The position numbers and the translations under genes were made by a program. Positions 44,712 through 53,427 of a DNA stretch of 64,000 bases are shown here, piece after piece; position 1 is the stretch's first letter; each line of letters begins with the position of its first letter. The notes beneath the pieces were generated by a model. It was not told the origin of the DNA. It did no database searches and saw only the letters and a list, made by a program, of their open reading frames with translations. The DNA is from Capsulimonadaceae bacterium (GTDB lineage Bacteria; Armatimonadota; Armatimonadia; Armatimonadales; Capsulimonadaceae): positions 256,001 through 320,000 of the forward strand of contig OZ244065.1 in NCBI GenBank assembly GCA_965215505.1. The letters are read 5' to 3'.

Positions 44712-47084
44712 TCATGGGTGCGCCGCGTCAAAAAGACCGATCTCACTGAACTGCACCGCGTCGGGATGCTCGCCGCGCGTCTTCGTCACCAGGATGCGGT
44801 AGGACTTGTAGGCCGTGCCGTTGGGGAACGAAACCTGTTCCCCCCAGGCATTGCGGCCTGGGTCCCGTTCCAGCCCGCACGGGCCTTCATAGAGCAGATG
44901 AAAACCGGATGCGCCTGCTGCGGCGGCATCGGGGGCGTTGGACCCCTCGATGGTGAGCGCCAGCGGGTCCCTGGATTCCAGGTCGTTTGCGGTGGCGATG
45001 CGGAACGCCCTAATGACCGCCCGGCCGGAGCGGGGCGTGACCACGAAGCCTGCGCCGACCGGCGAGGCGCTGTTGAAGTGTTTCGTGTACAGGTCCCCGT
45101 CTATGAGGTTGCCGACGACCTGCTCGTTGGCCGGCAGCCCGCCGAACTCCCCCGCCACGGCCAACACATTCGGCCCGCCTCCCGTCGTCCGCTTGAGCGC
45201 GACGATCCGGTCTTGCGGGCTGAGGATGCCGGCATCCCTCCGCGCCGCCTCCGCCGCGCCCTGCACGGGTGCCGCGCAGGCTATTCTGAACACTGCCGCC
45301 GTCTTCAGCGGCATCGCCGCAGGGCAGACGACATGCAGCCCGTCGGGCTGCTGCTGCCAGCGCAAAGCGCCGGGGCTGCCGAGCAGGGCCACGGACCGGA
45401 TCGGCGCGTTGAGCAGCCCGGCCTGCGTACCGAGGGACGTGATTCTGAGCGCCGCTCCCGGCTCGGGCACGGTCAGGCAGAAGGCATAGAGCGCCCCGTC
45501 TTTGCCGACACTGAACCGGAAGTCCTGCGGACCGAACTTGAACTCGGCGTGTTCGCGGCCCAGCTTGCCGCCGGGCAGCATCCTCAGCCGGCCGCCGTTT
45601 TTCTCGCCCTCACCGGGGATGATCCAGGCGCGGCTCCCGTAGATGCCCGACCCGTTGACTCGCATCCACTCGCCGACTTCCTGAAGTAACCGCATGCTGC
45701 CGCCGTCGAGCGACCCGTCTGGCCGGAGCGAGACGCAGACCGCCGCGTTGCCGTCGCGGGCGACCGCTTCGATCAGGTAGCGCAGCATCATGCCCGATTC
45801 GTAAACGAAGCCGGGGCTGTAGTACCAGTCGCCGACGGGCGCTTCGGCGATCCAGGGCTGGTCGATCTTGATCGGCGGCTCGATGCCGAACTCCTGCGTG
45901 TTCACCGTGCCGTTCGTCCTCGGCCGGAACTTGATGATGCTGAAGGTGTCCACCTTGCCGCGCCGCGTGAGGCTCCGGTTGTAGTAGTAGGCGAGGACGC
46001 GCTGGATGGCGTCGCTCTTGTAGCCCGAACCGGACCCCGCCCCGCTGAACGGCTGCGTGCTGGTGCCGTCGGTGTAGATAAAATCCGGGTCGTAGTGTTC
46101 GATCACGTCCATGATACGCAGGGCGAACCGCGTGGAATACCAGCGCGCGTAGGCCAGGTGGTCGGTGAAGATGCCCTGACGCGGCGTACCCCACGGGTCG
46201 TCGGCCGCCTGAGAGACGCCCTCGTATTCGCGCAGATCAATGCCGTAGAGCAGGCGCGGGTCCAGTCCCTCCCACCACCGGCCCTTGCCCTCGGCGGGCG
46301 TGAGATGCCCGTCATAGGGGACGCCCGCTTTCGGCCCCTGCCTGTCCGCGCCGAAGGCGGTCTGCCACCAGTACCAGGTGTATTCGTCGTGGAAGCTGAC
46401 GCCGTACCGAAGGCCCGCCGCGTGCGCCGCCTTCGACCACTCGCCGAGCAGGTCGCGCTTCGGCCCGACCCGCGTGGAGTTCCAGGGCTGATAGCGCGAG
46501 TCCCAGAGGTCGTAATTGTCGCAGTGGACGCCCTGCACGATCAGGAACCGCGCGCCGGCCTGCTTGTAGATGCCGACCAGCTTCGCGGGATCGAGATTCG
46601 TCGGGTTCCAGGCTCTCAGCACGTCCTTGTAGCCGGAAACCGAAGGGTGGCCGAACTTCCGGAGGTGGTTTTCGTAGGCGGTGTATCCCTGCTTGTAGAG
46701 GTTACGCGCGTACCAGTCGCCGCTCTCGCCGGAGGCCTGCGGACCGAAGTGGACCCAGATGCCGAACTTCGCCTCCCGCAGCCAGCCCGGCGTGCCGGGG
46801 TAGTTCTTTTCGATGGACGCCCAGGTCGGCTGGAAAGGCCCCGCCCCGACGGGCAGCCCGAGCTTCACCTCGGGGAACCTGTTAGGGTCGCCCATCGGCA
46901 CGCTGTTGATCTGCCTGGGGGTCGGGACCGCCGGCATCGGCGCGGGCGGCGGGAGCGGGTCGCCGAGAGTCGTGCCCGCCGCCGCAGCCAGGCCGGCTGC
47001 GGCAAGCGCGAGAAACAGGCCGGCCCTCCCCAGCGTGTTGAGATCGAACATCATTTTGTTGTTCCAGGGCGCTCCGGGTCTCAT
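44712..47084 (-). CDS. GH29 alpha-L-fucosidase-like protein with C-terminal discoidin/F5-8-like domain
   Basis: WLREAKFGIWVHFG, HCDNYDLWDS, YDPDFIYTDG, WMRVNGSGIYGSR; C-terminal IATAND...RDP...EGSN. Exact start uncertain. Confidence 0.85.
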   Translation of the reverse strand: MRPGAPWNNKMMFDLNTLGRAGLFLALAAAGLAAAAGTTLGDPLPPPAPMPAVPTPRQINSVPMGDPNRFPEVKLGLPVGAGPFQPTWASIEKNYPGTPGWLREAKFGIWVHFGPQASGESGDWYARNLYKQGYTAYENHLRKFGHPSVSGYKDVLRAWNPTNLDPAKLVGIYKQAGARFLIVQGVHCDNYDLWDSRYQPWNSTRVGPKRDLLGEWSKAAHAAGLRYGVSFHDEYTWYWWQTAFGADRQGPKAGVPYDGHLTPAEGKGRWWEGLDPRLLYGIDLREYEGVSQAADDPWGTPRQGIFTDHLAYARWYSTRFALRIMDVIEHYDPDFIYTDGTSTQPFSGAGSGSGYKSDAIQRVLAYYYNRSLTRRGKVDTFSIIKFRPRTNGTVNTQEFGIEPPIKIDQPWIAEAPVGDWYYSPGFVYESGMMLRYLIEAVARDGNAAVCVSLRPDGSLDGGSMRLLQEVGEWMRVNGSGIYGSRAWIIPGEGEKNGGRLRMLPGGKLGREHAEFKFGPQDFRFSVGKDGALYAFCLTVPEPGAALRITSLGTQAGLLNAPIRSVALLGSPGALRWQQQPDGLHVVCPAAMPLKTAAVFRIACAAPVQGAAEAARRDAGILSPQDRIVALKRTTGGGPNVLAVAGEFGGLPANEQVVGNLIDGDLYTKHFNSASPVGAGFVVTPRSGRAVIRAFRIATANDLESRDPLALTIEGSNAPDAAAAGASGFHLLYEGPCGLERDPGRNAWGEQVSFPNGTAYKSYRILVTKTRGEHPDAVQFSEIGLFDAAHP

Positions 47085-49051
47085 CCCGCCGTCAGGACGA
47101 GGACGGTGACGGAGTAGGCCGGGAGCGTGTGGCGAAAGTCCGGACTCAGGCCATGTATCCGCTGCATCTGCGGCACGATGTGGCTTGGGTCCGTGATGGT
47201 GTTCGTGTCCTGCGGGCCTGACCCACTCAGCACATAGGTCGTCCCCCGGTCCGCGACCGACTTGACCCCCGACAGGGTCACCCGGACGGCCTGCGGGGCA
47301 GGGGACGTGTTGACCAGCTTTACATACACCATGCCAGCGTGCGCGTCCCGCGTGACGCTCTCATACAGTCCCGTCCCGCCCGTCAGCGTCGCCGGCAGCA
47401 CCACGTCGCCGTGGAACCGGCTGAACATCACCTGCGCCCAATAGGAGGGCGAGCCATAGCTGCGGAGCGCGTCATAGCCGATCAGGTTGACGGCCCACTG
47501 ACGGCCGCCGGGGTTGACGTTCACGAGCAGGGGCGCATACGATTCCAGCACGACGATGTCGGAGTTGCGCTCCATCCCCGTCATCCAGGCCGCGTCCCCG
47601 AGCGCGGAGTTGAGCGTCGGCGTCGGCCCCTTCGTCTCGGGCCGCACCCAGGGGCGTTCCACGTCCTGGGAGGCCCACTCGCCCACGAAGATCTTCGGCC
47701 CCGAGCGCGGGTAGGAGTCGTAGTGGTGCGCGTCGCCCGCCATGGTCTGCGCGGAACGGTAGAAGTGTTCGTCGAGGAGGTCGGGCGTGCGGCTCTGGAC
47801 GGGCATCGTGGCGATGCACTGGAGCCGTGGGTGTTTCGCCTTGATGGCATCCAGGAACTGGGCGAACCGTCCGTCGTAGCTGTGCGAGCGGTCGAAGTTG
47901 TCTTCGTTGCCGATCTCCACATAGCGCAGCGGGAACGGCCTGGGATGTCCGTCCGCAGCGCGCCGCCGGCCCCAGGTCGTTTCCGGCCCGCCCGTGACGT
48001 ACTCGATCTCGTCCAGGGCGTCCTGCACATAGGGTGCGAGCGCCGGGCCGGGGTCGATGTGCTGGCCGCGCAGGGAGTACCCGGCGTAGACGGCGAGGAC
48101 CGGCTCCATTTTCAGGTCCTCGCACCAGGTCAGGAACTCCAGAAGGCCCGTCCCGTCCGACGACCGGTAGCCCCACGGCCCCCGGTGGCCGGGGCGCTCG
48201 GTCAGCGGCCCCAGCGTCTTCTTCCAGTCGAACCGCTCCTCAATGGTGTTGCCTTCCAGGTAGTTGCCCCCCGGCAGGCGCAGGAACGCGGGCTTCATGG
48301 CCGCCAGGGTCTCCATCAGGTCAACACGGTTCCCGTTCGGGCGGCCGTTATAGGTGGGCGGGAAAAGGGACACGAGGTTGAGCCAGACCGTACCCGGCCT
48401 CGACGCCGTGATGACGAGCCGGCCGAGCGCCGGGGCCGCCCGCCCGGTGCGGAGCATGACCTTCTGCTGTTTCCAGCCCGCCCCCGGTGCGGGGGCCGAT
48501 GCCTTCGCGTAGATGGTCGTCCCGTCGGCGCTCTCCAGGGAGACGGTCAGCGGCCCCGTCTTGCCGTCGCCGCGCGCGTAGAATGACGCCTGGTAGGGGG
48601 TGTCGGGCCGGACGGGCACGCCCCAATAGCCCTCATTGGCGGCCCCGACGCGACGGCCGCGCGAGGCCGCCGTCACCGCGACCTTCAGGCTCACCGGCAG
48701 GGCCGCGCTCAGGGGCTGGTCGGTGTCCAGGGCCATCGTCCCGGCCCCGCCGCCGTCCTGCACCAGCGACCAGTGGGCGGGCGCGCTCGGGTCATCCTGG
48801 AAGGAGCGGTTGCGGACCAGCTCGGCGTACAGGCCGCCGTCGTAGGAGAAGTTGATCTCCTCGGTCATCAGCCCGTAGAGGGTCGGGCTGACCGCCGGGC
48901 CGGGCCTGCCGGCGTCAATGTCGAGCGTGGCCGGGCCGTCCGCCCGGACCGGCACCGTCAGGCCGCAGCAGGCGGCGGCGAACAGAGTCCACGCGGTGGC
49001 GACGGCCGCCATTTTTTGTCTCGACTGTCTCGACTTCTTTGGTTTCAGCAT
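47081..49051 (-). CDS. GH51 alpha-L-arabinofuranosidase, secreted
   Basis: EEINFSYDGGLYAELV, RLPGGN, VEIGNE, FVGEWA, ERNSDIV, YAPL. Confidence 0.92.
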   Translation of the reverse strand: MLKPKKSRQSRQKMAAVATAWTLFAAACCGLTVPVRADGPATLDIDAGRPGPAVSPTLYGLMTEEINFSYDGGLYAELVRNRSFQDDPSAPAHWSLVQDGGGAGTMALDTDQPLSAALPVSLKVAVTAASRGRRVGAANEGYWGVPVRPDTPYQASFYARGDGKTGPLTVSLESADGTTIYAKASAPAPGAGWKQQKVMLRTGRAAPALGRLVITASRPGTVWLNLVSLFPPTYNGRPNGNRVDLMETLAAMKPAFLRLPGGNYLEGNTIEERFDWKKTLGPLTERPGHRGPWGYRSSDGTGLLEFLTWCEDLKMEPVLAVYAGYSLRGQHIDPGPALAPYVQDALDEIEYVTGGPETTWGRRRAADGHPRPFPLRYVEIGNEDNFDRSHSYDGRFAQFLDAIKAKHPRLQCIATMPVQSRTPDLLDEHFYRSAQTMAGDAHHYDSYPRSGPKIFVGEWASQDVERPWVRPETKGPTPTLNSALGDAAWMTGMERNSDIVVLESYAPLLVNVNPGGRQWAVNLIGYDALRSYGSPSYWAQVMFSRFHGDVVLPATLTGGTGLYESVTRDAHAGMVYVKLVNTSPAPQAVRVTLSGVKSVADRGTTYVLSGSGPQDTNTITDPSHIVPQMQRIHGLSPDFRHTLPAYSVTVLVLTAG

Positions 49052-49065
49052 GGTCTTCCTTTAAG

Positions 49066-51216
49066 CTAATGAGGGGCGGCGGCCTTGTGCCCCAACAGGG
49101 AAAGCATCTTCTCCCCGTAGCGCGTTCCCAATGTTCGGTAACCGGCCGGGGTGAAGTGCAGGTGGTCGGGGCGGCCGGGACAGCCCGCCGAGGAGACCAC
49201 ATAGGAATTGGGGATCGTCTTCGGCAGGTCGTCAATAATGGCGTTCATGCTTGCACACGCGCCGCTCTGGTCCGCGCCGAGGAGTTCGCCCGCCAGCAGG
49301 GGCACTTGTTTGGGATCGAGGTCCAGGTCTTTGATCAGGTTGTCGTAGACGCCCTTCACCTTGTTCGGCCACTCCCTATCATTCGTGTTGGACTCGCCCT
49401 GGTGCAGCAGGATGCCTTTGATGACGCCGTCTTTCTGTGCCACCTTCGCCATGTCCACGAGGCGCTGATAGGGGTCACCGCCGTAGGCCGCGATGATGCC
49501 CTTCATCCACGGCGGGGCGGTTTCCGCGTAAGACGTGTAATGGTCCTTGTCGAACATCTCGATCTTGCAGCCGGCGACGGAGACATTGACCACGCCGACC
49601 TTGATGCCGGCCGGGAGGTGGGCGGCCAAGGTCCGGCCGAAGTAGTCGGACGGGCCGATGCCGTTGCCGGGCCGGGCCAGCGGGGGGACTGCCGTGTACC
49701 ATTGCCCCTGCTGTCGGTCCTGATCCGGGAAGTCTACGGCCGCCAGGACTCGGAAGCGCGCATCCACCGGCCCCTTGTCCTGGTCTTCAACGCCCGGAAA
49801 GCCCTCCATGTTCGACTGCCCGAAGGACAGGAAAACATAGAAGTTCTTGTCGGGAACGCTTTTCTCCTGTGCCGAGGCGTTCACGTCGCCTTTGGCGGCG
49901 CGGATCACCGCGCCGAAGGCGGGCTTCGGCTGGTCGCCCGCGTCAAACAGCAATGGCTTGCCGGCGGCACGCCAGGAGACGCCGTCGTTGATGCCCCAGA
50001 AGGTGACGACCTTTACCGACTTGTGCTTCAGGAACGCCCTGAAGAGAGCGGCGTATTGATCGGCGAGATGCTGGTCGGCATCACTCACGAGGCCGCCCTG
50101 AGTCGTGGCGGCATTGTTGGCGACGTCCGCGCCGGTATTCTGCTGGCCGGCCTGGGCACCGTTCACATCGAGTTCCGTGACGTGGATGGGCAGGCCCAGC
50201 GTTTCCAGGTCCGTCAGCTCCTGGTCCTCTTCCGCGAAGCTCGGCGAGGAGACGCTGACATGGGTCTGCGTGCCGATCGCCGAGATCGGGACCTTCTGCG
50301 CCTGGAGCTGCCTGACCAGGGTGATGAATTTTTGGCGCTTGGCCGGGTTTTCCAGGCTGTAATCGTTGAGGCGGAGGATCGCCTTGGGGTCTGCCTCGTG
50401 GGCGTACTCGAAGGCTTTGGCGATGAAGTCCGGCCCGATGATCTGCCGCCAGAGCGAGTTCCGCAGGATGTCCGGCCCGCCGTCGGAGACGCACTCATTC
50501 ACCACGTCCCAGACCTGGATTTTGCCCTTGTATCGGCCGACGACCGTTTGAATGTGGTCGTGCATCCGCTGGAGCAGCTCCTCGCGCGTTGCCCGCGGCC
50601 CGTTATAGCCGAACCCGCCGCCGAACCCGCGCCTCCTCGGCCCGCCGGGGGGGACGGGGCCGCCCGGATTGCCGCCGGGGCCGTTTGCCGGCGGGAACGG
50701 GATCGGTGGGACGGGGGACGGGGGGCTGGCCGCTCCGGCTGGAGGCGGCGGGGCAGGCGGAGTCGTTCCGGTGCCGGCCGCGCCGGGCGGTGGGACCGCC
50801 CCGGAGAATACCCAGTTAGGGGTCTGTCCATGCCAGACGAGCGTGTGGCCCACGATGACCATGTGGTTCTTCACGCCGAACTCCACATAGGCGTCGGCGG
50901 GGCCGAAGTTGTAGCCGTCCGCGCCTTCGCGCGGGTGGATTGACTCCCATTTCAAGTCATTCTCCGGGGAGACCTGGTTGAACTGTTCCTTCGTCAGCGC
51001 GATGTCTTTGCCGACCTGCCCCGCTGGTCGGTTACCGAACCCAGGCGCTCCGCCGGTGACGATGGAGCGGTTGATGGCAACGCCGACAGAGAAGTGGCCT
51101 TTGTAGGCGTCTTTGAGGGTGGGGGCTTTGTCGGTCTGCGCCGTCGCGCCCGTGGCAAGGAAGAGCGCCGCGAGTAGGCCGATGTGTAAGCCGAGGCTTG
51201 AGGGAGAAGTCTTCAT
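49066..51216 (-). CDS. GH10 endo-1,4-beta-xylanase fused to CE6/SASA acetylxylan esterase
   Basis: GH10: PENDLKW, GHTLVWH, WDVVNE, VTELD. CE6: GQSNMEG, HQGES, DHLHF. Confidence 0.92.
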   Translation of the reverse strand: MKTSPSSLGLHIGLLAALFLATGATAQTDKAPTLKDAYKGHFSVGVAINRSIVTGGAPGFGNRPAGQVGKDIALTKEQFNQVSPENDLKWESIHPREGADGYNFGPADAYVEFGVKNHMVIVGHTLVWHGQTPNWVFSGAVPPPGAAGTGTTPPAPPPPAGAASPPSPVPPIPFPPANGPGGNPGGPVPPGGPRRRGFGGGFGYNGPRATREELLQRMHDHIQTVVGRYKGKIQVWDVVNECVSDGGPDILRNSLWRQIIGPDFIAKAFEYAHEADPKAILRLNDYSLENPAKRQKFITLVRQLQAQKVPISAIGTQTHVSVSSPSFAEEDQELTDLETLGLPIHVTELDVNGAQAGQQNTGADVANNAATTQGGLVSDADQHLADQYAALFRAFLKHKSVKVVTFWGINDGVSWRAAGKPLLFDAGDQPKPAFGAVIRAAKGDVNASAQEKSVPDKNFYVFLSFGQSNMEGFPGVEDQDKGPVDARFRVLAAVDFPDQDRQQGQWYTAVPPLARPGNGIGPSDYFGRTLAAHLPAGIKVGVVNVSVAGCKIEMFDKDHYTSYAETAPPWMKGIIAAYGGDPYQRLVDMAKVAQKDGVIKGILLHQGESNTNDREWPNKVKGVYDNLIKDLDLDPKQVPLLAGELLGADQSGACASMNAIIDDLPKTIPNSYVVSSAGCPGRPDHLHFTPAGYRTLGTRYGEKMLSLLGHKAAAPH

Positions 51217-51261
51217 GAGCGTTTACGCTTGGAATACCTTTCTGTCATAGGGAGGTCGTAA

Positions 51262-53418
51262 TCATCTTGCCGGGAACTCGTAGATGCTCACACTGAAGCG
51301 CGGCAGCGTCAGGGAACCGGGGATCGCCGCCACGGGCGCACTGCTGACCGCCGGATTCTGGCCGCCGGCTTCGGCGGACGCCAGCCGCCACAGGGTGCCT
51401 TTGCCGGCGAGATCGGCCCCGGCCATGACCAGGGTGAGCGGCTGCTCGACATCGGTGGGGTTTAGGATCGCCACCGTCAGCGTGCGGCGGTCGCTCGTCC
51501 ACGCCGCCACGACGTCGAGCGGGAACGTGGCACTGCCGGCGTTCACCGCCGGCTGCTCCCCGCCGGGCGGGTCGGCTGGCCTGGGCTGCGGGGAACTGCC
51601 CGAAACATCCACCGGAATCGTGCCGTAGTGGTCACGGTAGATCTTGAAGACCTGCGCGTTGTCGTTCAGCGCGTTGGTCGTCCCGTCCCGAGTCAGCAGC
51701 GACGTTGCGAACGTGTACGCGGCCATCTGCATGATGTCGCTGTGCCGGAACATCTCCTGGAACACCCAGGCGAGGGCCGGGTAGACCGGGTAGCGGTTGT
51801 TGGGCGTGTAGGCCCATTCATCAATGTTTAGCGGCTTGGGGTGGGTGACGAGCGGCGGGAACCGCTTCTCGTACTCCTTATACTCCTCGTACTTGATGCG
51901 GACGTGATTGGCCGGGCGGCGCATCCAGTCCGTGACCGGCTCATTGGGGTCGTTCGGGACCTGACGCCCTTCGGCCAAGCTGAAATGCGTCGCGCCGTAG
52001 TTGTAGTAGTGTTCGCTGATCAGGTCGAAGTTGTCGAAACACTTCGAGAACAGCATGCCGTCCCAGTCGCCGGGCGACAGATACGGTGCAACGAGGTCGG
52101 TGCCCAGGTTCAGGGACTCCTTGGAGCCCGTCATGGTGTCCGGCATGGCACCGCTGGCGATCAGGACGATGGACGGGTCCACTTTACGCATGGCCTTGGC
52201 GAACTCGTTGTGCTTGAACGCGAACTGGGCGGGCTTCATTGCGCCGTACTGATAGCTGATGCCCCACATCTCGTTGCCGATGCCCCAGAACTTCACACCG
52301 TAGGGTTTGGGGTGGCCGTTTGCCGCCCGCAATCTCCCCATCGGCGTGCGGGCATCGCCGTTCGTGTACTCCACATACTGGGCGGCGGACCAGGCATCCC
52401 CGGTCCCGGCGTTCACCGCGACATAAGGCTCGACATCGAGGAGCCTGCACAGCGTCATGAACTCATCGGTGCCGATGTCGTTGGGCTGAAGCGCGTTCCA
52501 GACCGGGTCCCAGGTGGGCGGACGCTTGTCCGGGTCGCCGATGGCGTTGCGCCACTCATGCGCCGAGACGAAGTTGCCGCCGGGAAAACGGTAGACGCCG
52601 GAGCGCAGGCTCTTGAGCGCGGCGATCGAATCGGGCCGGAACCCGCTGAGATTATCCGCAGGCGTCAGAGACACCGCGCCGACGTGGAACGAGCCGGCCC
52701 CGACGCCGACGATCTCAAACTGGGCAGGGCCGGACTGGTCGGCCTTGAACGAGAAGGAGACCTTCCTGTAGCGCGGCCCCACGCTGCCGAGTGGGACGAC
52801 CTGGCGGACCGCCTCCGGGCCGGTGCCCCAGACGATGTTGACGGCGACCTTCGCCATGGAATCGCCGGCCATCTGGATGCGGCCATTGTAGGCTACTCCC
52901 TGGACAAGACTCACCCCCGTCTGGCGTATGCCGCGCGGCTCCGCGCCGGCGAGTCTGACCAGCGGCGTGTGGTCGCCGGCAAAGGGGCCGTGGGCGTCCA
53001 TCACCACCGAGTCGGCCGGACCGATGGGGTTCCACCGCCCTGGCCCCACGCCGCGTCGGCGGCCAAAGCCGGGTCCCCCCGGCCCGCCCTGGACCCCATT
53101 GGGGTTGCCCTGTGGGGGCGGCTGGACTGCGTAATAGAACTTCCGGTCGTCCAGCAGTTCGCACCAAAGGCTGCTGTAGATGAGGCTTCCGGCATGCTCG
53201 ATGAACTGCCCGTAGAGGTAAGGAGAAATAGGCACCCCAACTTTCGAGGCGTCAATCGTCGCGGTCACGGCCTGGCCCCGCGGCGGGGCGGCCGATTGGG
53301 CTTGTGATCGCGTACCGCCGGCCAGGGCGGCGAGCAGCACCGCCGAGGCGGTGAGCGTCAGAGTGATGCGCTTCTTTGTCAACGTCATGCTTTTCGCCTT
53401 CATGCTTTTCGCCTTCAT
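51262..53418 (-). CDS. Second GH51 alpha-L-arabinofuranosidase, secreted
   Basis: LYGQFIEH, RFPGGNF, GTDEF, WGIGNEMW, IDEWA. Start ambiguous because of a 15-bp repeat (MKAKS x2). Confidence 0.9.
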   Translation of the reverse strand: MKAKSMKAKSMTLTKKRITLTLTASAVLLAALAGGTRSQAQSAAPPRGQAVTATIDASKVGVPISPYLYGQFIEHAGSLIYSSLWCELLDDRKFYYAVQPPPQGNPNGVQGGPGGPGFGRRRGVGPGRWNPIGPADSVVMDAHGPFAGDHTPLVRLAGAEPRGIRQTGVSLVQGVAYNGRIQMAGDSMAKVAVNIVWGTGPEAVRQVVPLGSVGPRYRKVSFSFKADQSGPAQFEIVGVGAGSFHVGAVSLTPADNLSGFRPDSIAALKSLRSGVYRFPGGNFVSAHEWRNAIGDPDKRPPTWDPVWNALQPNDIGTDEFMTLCRLLDVEPYVAVNAGTGDAWSAAQYVEYTNGDARTPMGRLRAANGHPKPYGVKFWGIGNEMWGISYQYGAMKPAQFAFKHNEFAKAMRKVDPSIVLIASGAMPDTMTGSKESLNLGTDLVAPYLSPGDWDGMLFSKCFDNFDLISEHYYNYGATHFSLAEGRQVPNDPNEPVTDWMRRPANHVRIKYEEYKEYEKRFPPLVTHPKPLNIDEWAYTPNNRYPVYPALAWVFQEMFRHSDIMQMAAYTFATSLLTRDGTTNALNDNAQVFKIYRDHYGTIPVDVSGSSPQPRPADPPGGEQPAVNAGSATFPLDVVAAWTSDRRTLTVAILNPTDVEQPLTLVMAGADLAGKGTLWRLASAEAGGQNPAVSSAPVAAIPGSLTLPRFSVSIYEFPAR

Positions 53419-53427
53419 GCCCTGCCC

